DNA of 58,389 nt from Dethiobacteria bacterium (lineage in GTDB: Bacteria; Bacillota; Dethiobacteria; DTU022; UBA8154): assembly GCA_050942615.1 (NCBI GenBank), contig JBMNNQ010000004.1, positions 1-58,389 on the forward strand, given 5' to 3'. How positions within the stretch are numbered: position 1 is the stretch's first letter; each line of letters opens with the position of its first letter. The notes under the pieces are model-generated. The model was not told the origin of the DNA. It saw nothing but the letters and a program-made list of their open reading frames with translations, and made no database searches. Both the position numbers and the translations under genes were made by a program. Below are positions 48,303-57,342 of the stretch, piece by piece.

Positions 48303-48522
48303 TTACTGGCTTAAACTTTTAAGCATTCAGGAATAGTTTGAAAAATCGGATGCTTTAGCCTCTTCCCTTATAATAGAAACCAATACCAACCCTTTCCAAA
48401 AGGTTGTCAAATATAAATAATCAAGCTGCTTCAGCTAGAAAATAACTAAATCAGACTGATAATGACATTATTTTCAACAAAAGGAATAGTTAGAAATGAT
48501 ATGTATTAATTTTTCTTAATAT

Positions 48523-48549
48523 AGAGGATTTCGGGTCTACATGTCGAAA
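48523..48549 (+). promoter_or_regulatory. Sigma-H-like promoter with overlapping Spo0A box, facing the spo0E-like gene
   Basis: AGAGGATTT-N11-GTCGAAA; TGTCGAA at 48542-48548. Confidence 0.5.
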
Positions 48550-48825
48550 AAAGTTTTTAGGAATTAATTCCTTTAGTTAAATATATTGCCAGAATGTAAC
48601 TTCTTGTGTAAGTTGGGGACAACCATACATGTCCCGGCAATATTTCATTTTCAGTCGCTGTACCGGTGGTTGTTTTGATTTAAGAAAGTTAGACGGCATG
48701 AAGGTCAGTGCTTCAGCCGGCTACAAAAAGTTAAGGCTGCAAAGGGTTACTGCGCCATTATGCGAAAGGAGGCAGGCGTTTTCTTCCACCAATAAAATGG
48801 TGGGTTTCCGCGCCTGGACTTTTCA

Positions 48826-49014
48826 ATGAAACAGGTAGATGAAAAGAAGCTGCTTGCAGATATCGAAAAATTTCGCAAAAAATTAAACAAAGAATTTGAT
48901 CCGGTAAGAAAAACCCCAAAAAGCAGCCAAAAAACTTATTTTTTAAGTTGTGAACTGGACAAGCTGATTAACCAGTACATGAAAATAACACAAACAAAAG
49001 AGTTCGTGAAATGA
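48826..49014 (+). CDS. Spo0E-family aspartyl-phosphate phosphatase
   Basis: 62 aa, two helices; IEKFRKKL and LSCELDKLINQYM (variant of the SQELD signature). Confidence 0.8.
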   Translation: MKQVDEKKLLADIEKFRKKLNKEFDPVRKTPKSSQKTYFLSCELDKLINQYMKITQTKEFVK

Positions 49015-49089
49015 TACACCCGGCAAAATCCGAAGGTGGCAAAAAGAAGGAGCAAAGTTTAGGCATCGCGGGAATCTTCCCGCCGCCTT

Positions 49090-50979
49090 TCAGAACAACT
49101 TCCGGGCCACTCTTTCATCCCCCAGGCGGCGGGTATATTTGCAGCCGTCGAAATATTCTAGCAGAGCCTGTGCATATTTGCGGGAGGTTTGCAGTAGATC
49201 ACGGTATTGGGCAAGGTTAATGCGGGGGTTTATTTGTAAATAATCCCTCAAAACCTGCAGGCAGTGTGCATAAACATTGCTTTGCAGGTAGATTTCTGTA
49301 GCAATCTTTACCAAGACACCCCTATATACAAGGTAATCCAGCAGGTCCCCTGTTTCCTCCTTTTCAAGACCCAATTCAAGGCCTAGATCCTTAGGCGCAG
49401 GTGGTGTGAGCCCGCCTCTCTCAAAAAGTTTTTCAATTTCTGTCATTTTTTTCTCCTGAACTGCGGTAGGCCGGGGCATAAAACCCTTTTTGGTAACTGC
49501 ATCGCCGCTGATGACAAGCAAACCTTTACCTTTTAAATGTTCCAAAAGGGCATCATAGGCCGGGCCGGCAATTTTACGGGGCAGACGCCTGCCAACCCAG
49601 GATTTTGGTGCACCTGGTAACAAAGGTTTTTCCTGATGAAAATGTTCCAGTTCTTTCAGAATCTCTTTTTCCCATTTTTCCTTATCCGCAGCAGTAACAT
49701 ACAAATCACCGAATAAAGCCACTTTTTCCTCCGCTGCGGCCCTTTGCAGCAGCTTTTCCAACCGCTGCGGGGTCATTTTTGTCAGGTGTGATAAATCAGA
49801 CAATGGGGCAGCTTGGACGGCTGTTATTTTTTGCAGCACAAAGGTTAAGGAATCGCCTTCTTCAAGTTCCTGCAACCTTTCCAAAACACCCCTGTGGAAT
49901 CGTTTGTGGCGCAAAGGGCGTTCATCGAGCACCACTCCCCCGCCGACAGTGACAACCGGTGAATAGGAACGTATTATAAACCGATCGCCGCGTTGGGCGA
50001 TCAGGGGTTTATCAAGCCGGCATTGCACAAAGCACTCTTTCCCGGGCAACAGCTCTGCATTCCCCAGTAAAAACAAGGCGGCTACGGCCCGGGCCGTCCC
50101 TAAATAAAAATGAACAGGCGCCATGTTGGTTAGCGGACGGGGAGCTGTAGAAAGCAATTTAAGCTTGGCATCCAGGCGCCGGGTAGTACGAAAATAACCA
50201 GGGGCAGCCACTACTGATCCTCTTAGCACCCCTTCCTTTTCCAAACCAGCCAGGTTCAAAGCGGTCCTTTGCCCTACAAAAGCCTCCGCAACCCCTTCAC
50301 CATGGACCTGAATTCCCCGCACCCTGAAGTTCCGGCCGGGAGGGGTCACTTCAACCGTATCACCTGTTTTTACCGAACCGTTTAAAATCGTCCCTGTAAT
50401 AATGGTTCCAAACCCGGATAGGGAAAAAACCCGGTCCACAGGCAGGCGCAGCGGGGCGTCTTTATCACCGGCGGTTATTTTTTCTGCCATTCGGGCCAAT
50501 GATTCCCGCAGGCTTTCAATGCCCTGTTTTGTAATTGCAGAAACGGGATGCAAGGGGCTGTTCGCCAAAAAGGTACCGGCAAAGGCTTCCTTGACCTCCT
50601 CTATAATCAGTTCCAACCATTCCTCATCCACCAGATCAATTTTGGTTATAACAATTATTCCTCTCTTTATCTGCAGCAGTTCCAGAATGTCAAGATGTTC
50701 TTTTGTCTGGGGCATAACGCCTTCCGTAGCATCAACCACCATCAAAACAAGGTCGATCCCCCCTACCCCGGCCAGCATATTATGAATAAACCTTTCATGT
50801 CCGGGGACATCAACTATCCCTGCCAGAAGGCCGCCGGGAAGTTGAAAGGGGGCAAACCCGAGATCAATGGAAATACCCCGTTTTTTTTCTTCTTTTAACC
50901 GATCTGTATCTGTACCCGTCAGGGCCTTAATCAATTCTGTTTTACCGTGATCCACATGCCCGGCTGTTCCAATAATCAT
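49090..50979 (-). CDS. selB: Selenocysteine-specific elongation factor
   Basis: [39 protein letters not shown], winged-helix tail [13 protein letters not shown]; ATG 50979 overlaps the selA stop. Confidence 0.98.
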   Translation of the reverse strand: MIIGTAGHVDHGKTELIKALTGTDTDRLKEEKKRGISIDLGFAPFQLPGGLLAGIVDVPGHERFIHNMLAGVGGIDLVLMVVDATEGVMPQTKEHLDILELLQIKRGIIVITKIDLVDEEWLELIIEEVKEAFAGTFLANSPLHPVSAITKQGIESLRESLARMAEKITAGDKDAPLRLPVDRVFSLSGFGTIITGTILNGSVKTGDTVEVTPPGRNFRVRGIQVHGEGVAEAFVGQRTALNLAGLEKEGVLRGSVVAAPGYFRTTRRLDAKLKLLSTAPRPLTNMAPVHFYLGTARAVAALFLLGNAELLPGKECFVQCRLDKPLIAQRGDRFIIRSYSPVVTVGGGVVLDERPLRHKRFHRGVLERLQELEEGDSLTFVLQKITAVQAAPLSDLSHLTKMTPQRLEKLLQRAAAEEKVALFGDLYVTAADKEKWEKEILKELEHFHQEKPLLPGAPKSWVGRRLPRKIAGPAYDALLEHLKGKGLLVISGDAVTKKGFMPRPTAVQEKKMTEIEKLFERGGLTPPAPKDLGLELGLEKEETGDLLDYLVYRGVLVKIATEIYLQSNVYAHCLQVLRDYLQINPRINLAQYRDLLQTSRKYAQALLEYFDGCKYTRRLGDERVARKLF

Positions 50980-52442
50980 GGCCCAGAACCCCCCCCCGTT
51001 TCTTCCTCTGCAGACCACGGAAAGGTCTGCACAATTGTTTCTATTAACAGTTCATCCGCTTCTTCCAAAAGAGAACGCAAATCCAGTAAAATCTTATTTT
51101 TCAGTACCCGGGAAATAACAGGCTGCCTGGCTCCCCACAGCTTTTTAACCAGTTCGTTCACATTCGTCCCGGTGCGCTCCAGGGTTACCTGATAGCTGGG
51201 CAGGGAAGCCAGGGGCAGGGAGCCGCCCCCCACCCGTGCCTTTTCCCGGGAAATGCCGATAACCCAGTCTGGACTTAGTTTGGCAGCTAATCTTGCGGCC
51301 AAAACTTCTGCCCGTGCTTTTAAAACCGTGTCCGGTAGGGTAAGCATACGCAAGATGGGAATTTCCCGGAAAGCTATTTCTTCATCCAGGTAAAGGCGTA
51401 AAGTGCTCTCCAGGGCAGCCAAGGTCATTTTGCCCACACGCAAAGCCCTGGTTAACTGGTTGCTTTTTATTCTTTCCAGATATTTTTTCTTACCGATAAT
51501 TAGACCGCTTTGGGGGCCCCCCAGCAGTTTGTCCCCACTAAAGGTCACAATATCAACCCCGGCTTTTATAGAATCCTGAACCCGGGGTTCATAAGGCAGA
51601 TCGTAACGGGTGAGATCAACCAGGACCCCGCTGCCCAAGTCTTCCATGACCGGCAAACCGCATTTCTTACCCAACGCCACAAGTGAAGCGGCGCCTACCG
51701 AGGATGTAAAGCCCATAATCTTAAAGTTACTGCTATGCACCTTCAACAGTAGGGCTGTTCTTTCATTAACAACTTTTTCATAGTCCCGCAGATAGCTCTT
51801 ATTTGTTGTCCCTACTTCAGCAAGCTGCGCTCCGCTGGCAATCATCACTTCCGGCAGACGAAAGGAACCTCCGATTTCCACCAGTTCGCCGCGGGAAACA
51901 ACAACTTCCCGCCCCGCCGCAAGGGTATTCAAAGCCAGGAAAACCGCCCCTGCATTGTTATTGACTACCAGCGCTGCTTCGGCCCCTGTGAGACGGCAAA
52001 TAAGTTCTTCCACATGTTCGTAGCGGTAGGCCCGGCGACCGGTTTGCAAAGAAAGTTCCAGATTGCAGAACGAACTGCTCACCTTCTGCAGCATTTCCGC
52101 TGCAGCCGCCGCCAACGGGGCCCGTCCTAAATTTGTATGCAAGAGCACACCGGTAGCATTAAAAACAGGATGAAAATTGGCCCTGGATTTTGTATCAACC
52201 TTTTTCCTGGCCTGTGAAGCAAGGGCAGCAGGGGAAAAATTTATACCTTCCAGTTGCCGGCCCGTTAAGGCCCTTTGAATAACAGCCCGTTTTTCAGCCA
52301 CTACTTCCTGCACTGCTTCCACAATTAGATCACGTGGTATTTCCCTTTCCATTTCCTTCAAATCTGTTTCCTGCAAAATCTTATCTACAGCCGGCAAAAG
52401 ACGTAAATACTTTTGCCTGAGCTGTTTATAATCCAGGGGCAA
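50976..52442 (-). CDS. selA: L-seryl-tRNA(Sec) selenium transferase
   Basis: NATGVLLHTNLGRA, VNNNA, SRGELVEIGGSFRLP, EDLGSG, FSGDKLLGGPQ. Confidence 0.98.
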   Translation of the reverse strand: MPLDYKQLRQKYLRLLPAVDKILQETDLKEMEREIPRDLIVEAVQEVVAEKRAVIQRALTGRQLEGINFSPAALASQARKKVDTKSRANFHPVFNATGVLLHTNLGRAPLAAAAAEMLQKVSSSFCNLELSLQTGRRAYRYEHVEELICRLTGAEAALVVNNNAGAVFLALNTLAAGREVVVSRGELVEIGGSFRLPEVMIASGAQLAEVGTTNKSYLRDYEKVVNERTALLLKVHSSNFKIMGFTSSVGAASLVALGKKCGLPVMEDLGSGVLVDLTRYDLPYEPRVQDSIKAGVDIVTFSGDKLLGGPQSGLIIGKKKYLERIKSNQLTRALRVGKMTLAALESTLRLYLDEEIAFREIPILRMLTLPDTVLKARAEVLAARLAAKLSPDWVIGISREKARVGGGSLPLASLPSYQVTLERTGTNVNELVKKLWGARQPVISRVLKNKILLDLRSLLEEADELLIETIVQTFPWSAEEETGGGSGP

Positions 52443-52470
52443 TTTTTTTCCTCCTTCCTTTCTCTGTTTA

Positions 52471-52500
52471 ATTATAGCCTGAAGCAGGTTTATTGGACAA
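52471..52500 (-). promoter_or_regulatory. Sigma-A-like promoter of selAB
   Basis: Minus strand TTGTCC-N18-TATAAT. Confidence 0.45.
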
Positions 52501-52544
52501 GGAGGGAACCAGAAAAGCAGAGGCCCGGGGAGAACGTTATCATT

Positions 52545-52787
52545 CTATACCTTGTAGACAACATCGCCAATTTTTACCTTGTTGTCCACTTTCAGGCCGA
52601 TGGCCTGCCCGGCCTGGGCAGTTTCAATATCCTCATGATCGATCTGCATGGATGCAACTGTCTGTTCAAAATCGCTGTCACTGCCCTTAAAAGCAATCCT
52701 GTCCCCAACGCTGATTGTACCCGTCAGCTCCAGCACTGCTACCGATACTTTCCCAAAATAATGGGTCACCTTGCCAATTTCATCCAT
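52545..52787 (-). CDS. 80-aa stand-alone beta-barrel protein (EF-Tu domain II / U32 C-terminal-like)
   Basis: IGKVTHYF, VGDRI, QTVASMQIDH, AQAGQAIGLKV, GDVVY; AAAGGGG RBS. Confidence 0.82.
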   Translation of the reverse strand: MDEIGKVTHYFGKVSVAVLELTGTISVGDRIAFKGSDSDFEQTVASMQIDHEDIETAQAGQAIGLKVDNKVKIGDVVYKV

Positions 52788-53095
52788 ATTGTATACCCCT
52801 TTCTAAAATATAATTTATCCTTTTACTAATTATAACAGACATCCCGCCAAGGAAAAATCGCGTTGCTATATTTTTCCTACATTTATTTTGCCTGATTACA
52901 AAATTCTCATTCCCCCTTTTTTTAAAACAGGACCAGGAACAACATTTTGGCAGCCCCCCCCAACCACCGGGCAGGAATAGGCACCGTGAAACTGGAAGTT
53001 ATTTGTGGGTGTCCAGCCCTATACTATATAATAGAAATATAATGGAAATGCTTAAGAAAAATTTTAAGGGACAGGATGGAGGAAACTCGAAGCCT

Positions 53096-54358
53096 ATGCT
53101 GCGGTCAAAGCGGGGGTTAATTTTTGGTGTTTTATGTTTAACTTTTGTTTCTGCTCTTTTTTTACGTACTTGTACAGCTGTTATTGCTGAAGATCTATTA
53201 AGGGATTTTGCCATACCGCCCACCTCTTTGGGGTTGATGGCCTCCGTTTTCTTTTATGCCTACGCTGTCGCTCAGATACCTGTAGGCATTCTTGCCGATC
53301 GGTTCGGTGTAGGGTGCACCGTTTTTGGTTTTGGGTTGTTGGGTGTTGCTGCCTCCCTATCCTTTGCCTATGCACCAAACATACAGGTTGCCACCTGGAC
53401 CAGGCTGCTTACCGGAGCGGGTACAGCCGGCATCTTTATTCCAACGCTTAAATACCTTTCCATTGCCTACCCACCGCAAAAATTTGCCACCATGAGCAGT
53501 GTCATCAACGCTGCAGGCAGCATGGGAAGCATGCTTTCCACGCTGCCCATGGCCATCCTGGTAGAAAAAATAGGCTGGCGTCATTCCCTGGTCATCCCTA
53601 CAGCAGTGATGTTTGTTTTGCTTTTTTTCGTCTGGTTTTTAATGAAACCACTCACAAAAACAACGGGAAAAACATTAAAAGTGAACTATGAAGGGACAAA
53701 AAGCACACAGGCAGCACCGCACAGTCAAAAGACCACCGTTGCTTTTTGGCAGCAACCGGTATTCTGGCCTTTTGCTATCTGGGCGTTTCTTGTTTATGGT
53801 GTCTTGCTCAGTTTTTCCAGCCTTTGGGGGGCTACATACCTGCAGGAGGTTTTCCATGTAAGCAGAAAAACCGCCGGCAGTCATTTAATGTTCGTCTTTA
53901 TCGGTATGATCGCCGGGGGGGTGCTTTGGGGAGTGCTGTCTGATCGCGTTTTCAAGGCCCGTCGCCCCATCATGTTTATCGCCACGCTGGGCCAGCTGCT
54001 ATTATGGCTGATCATGGTTCTTCTTTCCGCCTACCCCGGCCCCTTTTTAACATCCCTAATCTATTTGGCGATCGGCACCTTCAGCGTCGTTTTTCTCATT
54101 AACCTGAGCTGTGTAAAAGAGCTTTTTCCTGCCAACGTTGCAGCCACAGCCATGGGAACGGTAGACGCCTTTATGTTTTTTGGTGTTGCCTTTTTTCAAG
54201 GTATCACCGGTTATCTTTTGGATATAACTGCCAAAAACCATTCCTTCGGAACAGCCTTTCGCTATATCTTCATCCTCTACCTTATTGGCATTATTTTTGC
54301 TTTTCTTTTAATTTTGTTGATGCCTGAAACCTATCCCACTCACAAAAAAACCAGCTAA
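53096..54358 (+). CDS. MFS transporter (UhpC/GlpT-like)
   Basis: About 12 TM helices, motif A GILADRFG and GVLSDRV, FFYAYAVAQIP; start uncertain (53042-53096). Confidence 0.9.
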   Translation: MLRSKRGLIFGVLCLTFVSALFLRTCTAVIAEDLLRDFAIPPTSLGLMASVFFYAYAVAQIPVGILADRFGVGCTVFGFGLLGVAASLSFAYAPNIQVATWTRLLTGAGTAGIFIPTLKYLSIAYPPQKFATMSSVINAAGSMGSMLSTLPMAILVEKIGWRHSLVIPTAVMFVLLFFVWFLMKPLTKTTGKTLKVNYEGTKSTQAAPHSQKTTVAFWQQPVFWPFAIWAFLVYGVLLSFSSLWGATYLQEVFHVSRKTAGSHLMFVFIGMIAGGVLWGVLSDRVFKARRPIMFIATLGQLLLWLIMVLLSAYPGPFLTSLIYLAIGTFSVVFLINLSCVKELFPANVAATAMGTVDAFMFFGVAFFQGITGYLLDITAKNHSFGTAFRYIFILYLIGIIFAFLLILLMPETYPTHKKTS

Positions 54359-54414
54359 CCCCGCGGTTTTTGCAAACCAGTTAAACGGGTTACCCGGCCA
54401 TGGAATTATACCCC

Positions 54415-54444
54415 ACACCCCTGTGGAGGGGGGTGTTTATTTTT
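54415..54444 (+). terminator. Terminator after the MFS gene
   Basis: ACACCCC/GGGGTGT stem then TTATTTTT. Confidence 0.55.
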
Positions 54445-54469
54445 CCGAAAATATGGTTTTTACCTGTAT

Positions 54470-54634
54470 TTAATCAAAGCTCAAACGTTCTTTATGTTTG
54501 CAACCTATGCAAATTAAATCCACGTCACCGTCATTCCAAATCAGAACGACCCCCTGGTTTCCGTCACAAACCGGGCATTTAACGATATGGCTGTCAATTA
54601 CCTGCGCCTCAAAAGTTTCATATTCCTCTTTCAT
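54470..54634 (-). CDS. 54-aa CxxC...CxxC zinc-ribbon-like micro-protein (not in the ORF track)
   Basis: GGGAGGT RBS, ATG 54634, MKEEYETFEAQVIDSHIVKCPVCDGNQGVVLIWNDGDVDLICIGCKHKERLSFD, TAA. Confidence 0.75.
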   Translation of the reverse strand: MKEEYETFEAQVIDSHIVKCPVCDGNQGVVLIWNDGDVDLICIGCKHKERLSFD

Positions 54635-54686
54635 TTATTCCTATACCTCCCGAACAAAAATCACCCCAAAAAACCCCTGCAATTAT

Positions 54687-54782
54687 TGGCGGGAGTAGAT
54701 GGGAATCGAACCCACCATGGGCCTCGTCAGCCCATCATTGGATTTGAAGTCCAAGGCGCCCACCAGGTGCACAACTACCCCC
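54687..54782 (-). tRNA. selC: tRNA-Sec (anticodon UCA)
   Basis: 8-bp acceptor GGGGGTAG/CTACTCCC, G discriminator, encoded CCA, anticodon arm TTGGA-CTTCAAA-TCCAA, long variable arm, 5-bp T stem with TTCGATT; near selAB. Confidence 0.97.
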
Positions 54783-54801
54783 GTATACCCCATGAAACCT
54801 T

Positions 54802-54810
54802 ATTATACCA
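54802..54810 (-). promoter_or_regulatory. Extended -10 promoter of selC
   Basis: Minus strand TGGTATAAT about 20 nt upstream of the tRNA 5' end. Confidence 0.55.
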
Positions 54811-55151
54811 TGGTTTCTTCGTTTAATTATAAGCCTTTTATTATTTTAAAGCAAGTATATTTTACTTTCGTCCCCTTTATGTTTTTATGAACCGGATCCC
54901 CCTGTAATGCTTGCTGAAAACCCTGTAAATTTTACGCCAGCTTAAAACCTTAATGCCGTATAAAACCAAGAGCAGCAAGGAGCCAGCTTCAAGCCTGCTT
55001 CCCTTGTTATTTAATAAACCCTGTGCTAAAATGCTTGCACTGGAACGAGGGCACAAAAACAAAAATTGTATAATGTTTTTATGAAACATTTTTGCAGACC
55101 CTGTTTGCCGTAAGGACATTGTCCATCAATACACAGCCGGAGGTAGCCCCA

Positions 55152-55766
55152 ATGAAAAAACATTTATTTTTGCAAGGTAATATTGCCATCGGTAAATCAA
55201 CGTTATTACGGGAAGCCCTGTTGCCCCACCTGGAAGAGGTTGGCGGTTTCTATGTGCAAAGAATCTACAAAGACGATCAGCACATCGGCTTTCAATTAAA
55301 ACCCCTCTGTAAAGCAACGGATTACCAACTGAACAGGCAGGTTGCCGGCCTGCAGAAAAAAAACTATTTTATTTACCATGATGAAAAAAAAGGAATGCAG
55401 ATCCAGCTATCCATCTTTGAAAACGAAGGGGTACGCTTCCTGGAAAAAGCCCGGGGAAAAAAGAAAAAAATAATCCTGATGGACGAAATTGGCGGGGTTG
55501 ATCTTTATTGCCCGGCCTTCGTGCAATCGGTAATGCAAATCCTCAACGGCCCCCAGTCTGCAATCGGTGTGTTAAAATTGGCACGCAACAGAAAAAGGCT
55601 GGACGGTAACTTTGCCAACCCTACAGAAAAAGAAAAGGAAGTAATGAAGAATATTTCCTGCATTAAAGAGCACCCGTTAGTCAAAATTTTGGAACTAGGA
55701 CCCGGGAACTACCAGGAAGTGCAAACCCAGGTGCAGATCTTTCTCAAAAACATTTTACAAGTTTAA
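55152..55766 (+). CDS. NTPase_1 (THEP1-like) nucleoside triphosphatase
   Basis: Walker A GNIAIGKST, VGGF, Walker B IILMDEIGG; GGAGG RBS before ATG 55152. Confidence 0.85.
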   Translation: MKKHLFLQGNIAIGKSTLLREALLPHLEEVGGFYVQRIYKDDQHIGFQLKPLCKATDYQLNRQVAGLQKKNYFIYHDEKKGMQIQLSIFENEGVRFLEKARGKKKKIILMDEIGGVDLYCPAFVQSVMQILNGPQSAIGVLKLARNRKRLDGNFANPTEKEKEVMKNISCIKEHPLVKILELGPGNYQEVQTQVQIFLKNILQV

Positions 55767-55870
55767 CGGCGGCCACGGGGTTTTCTTAACTAAATTTTTG
55801 TACCGGTAAAAACCTGCCGAAAATTTCCCGCCTGCCTGTTTATAGTAAAATACCAATAGACACAGGCCCA

Positions 55871-56536
55871 CTAACTGTCTTCTGCAGGGTTGTTTCCCTG
55901 TTTTCCCTTGGATAAGTCTGTTTCATTGTACTGCAGCAAAAAGCGTTGGGCCTTTGTCGCCAGGGGGGAACCTTTTTCTGCCAGCAGCAGGACTTTTTCC
56001 CAATGTTTGCGGGCCTCTTCCCCCTTTTCCCGGGAAAACAGATAAACTCCATAATAAAAATGGGCCTCCGGATTGTCTTCCTGCAGTTCAAAGCTATTTT
56101 GAAAATATTTCTCTGCAAGGGTTTCATCATTTAATATAAAAGCGGCAAGCAGTGCAATTTTTAAAGTTGCCGCTGATTCCAGGGGGTCCTCTGCGATAAC
56201 CTGCAGCAAAAATTTTTTACTTTTTACAGCAAAGGTTTCTTTTTCCTGCAAACCCCTGCCCCAACAATGCATAGCCAGATCATAATAGATACTGCCAAGA
56301 GCAGCTTTATTTTCTAAATCAGCCGGATCCCCTTGCAGGTCTTTCTCCAGAATTTCAGCTTGTTCCTTAAGGCTTAAAATATATTCACCATCACCCGGGG
56401 AAGAAGCCATATTTCTTTTTCCACCCAAAAAATCAAAAAACCCGGCTGTCGCGCTTAAAAGCAAGCCTCCAACCAGCAGCGCAATAACAACGATGGATAA
56501 TAGCTTTTTTCGGTATACTTTACCTTTTTTGAACAT
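55871..56536 (-). CDS. Membrane-anchored TPR protein
   Basis: N-terminal hydrophobic helix; TPR-like LGSIYY, AHFYYGVYL, ARKHWEKVL. Confidence 0.75.
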   Translation of the reverse strand: MFKKGKVYRKKLLSIVVIALLVGGLLLSATAGFFDFLGGKRNMASSPGDGEYILSLKEQAEILEKDLQGDPADLENKAALGSIYYDLAMHCWGRGLQEKETFAVKSKKFLLQVIAEDPLESAATLKIALLAAFILNDETLAEKYFQNSFELQEDNPEAHFYYGVYLFSREKGEEARKHWEKVLLLAEKGSPLATKAQRFLLQYNETDLSKGKQGNNPAEDS

Positions 56537-56558
56537 ACTGTGTTCACCCTTCTATTTT

Positions 56559-57284
56559 TTAGCAGTCTCCGGGGACAAGCAAAGACCCGCAGTTTTCACA
56601 AAAAACATACTGCCCGGGCGTGAGCATACGCGCCCGGAAGGAAGAAGGCAAAGATACGTTGCAGATACCGCAAAGCCCCTGCTGCACAAGGGAAACACAG
56701 CGCCCCCCCCGGCGGGACATCTCTGTGTATTTCTTTAACAGGGCCCCGTCAATTTCCTGCCTTAAATCCTCCCGCCGCCCGTTCAGACCATGCAGTTTTC
56801 CTTGTGCTTTAACAGTATCCTTTTGGGCCTTTGCTTTCAACCGCTGTAGCTTTTCATGTTCTTTTTTCTGCAGTTTCTGCAAGGTTAAGACTTCCTGTTC
56901 CTCCCCTTCTATACTTTCCATAAGGAACAGAATATCATCTTCCAATTTGGATTTTTCTATCTGCTTGACCTGGGCTTTTTTCTCCAGTCCTTCCAGCTCC
57001 CTGACATTGTTAATTTCACCGCTATAGAGCTTCTGCTGCAACTTTGCCAGTAAATCAACGGTTGTTTGCAGTTCCAACTCCTTACGCCGTTGCTTTTTTT
57101 TTGCGGCCGCCAATTCTGCTTCTTCCTTTTTCAAATTTTCCTGGGAGGCCTGATAGTCCTGTTTTTTTTGCTGGTATTCTTTTGTGCTGGCAATGTTTTG
57201 CAGCCCCTGTTCCTGGTGTAAAATTTTTTGTTCCAGTTCCTGCAGCTGCCAAAGTTTTTGCAGCTGTTCTACATGTTGTTTCAT
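56559..57284 (-). CDS. Coiled-coil C4 zinc-ribbon protein (DUF164/CdsZ-like)
   Basis: Long coiled coil, LYSG, C-terminal CGIC...CENCG; usual neighbour of nif3. Confidence 0.9.
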   Translation of the reverse strand: MKQHVEQLQKLWQLQELEQKILHQEQGLQNIASTKEYQQKKQDYQASQENLKKEEAELAAAKKKQRRKELELQTTVDLLAKLQQKLYSGEINNVRELEGLEKKAQVKQIEKSKLEDDILFLMESIEGEEQEVLTLQKLQKKEHEKLQRLKAKAQKDTVKAQGKLHGLNGRREDLRQEIDGALLKKYTEMSRRGGRCVSLVQQGLCGICNVSLPSSFRARMLTPGQYVFCENCGSLLVPGDC

Positions 57285-57342
57285 TTTTTATGAAATCCCC
57301 TTTATAATACCAAAGATTATATAAAAAAAGATAGGACTAAAC

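Noticed and set aside
48629-48829. 66-aa ORF upstream of the spo0E-like gene as a CDS
   Set aside because: No recognisable family, and its RBS/start sit in a GGGACA/TGTCCC hairpin; kept only as an alternative explanation for spo0E initiation
49015-49089. c-di-GMP-I riboswitch-like words (GGCAAA, GCAAAG)
   Set aside because: No P2/P3 pairing, and it lies between convergent genes; better explained as a terminator-like hairpin GCGGGAA/TTCCCGC
54400-54890. Plus-strand 60-79-aa ORFs, and selC as an integration site
   Set aside because: The ORFs are antisense to selC and the 54-aa gene; no integrase or duplicated tRNA 3' end was seen
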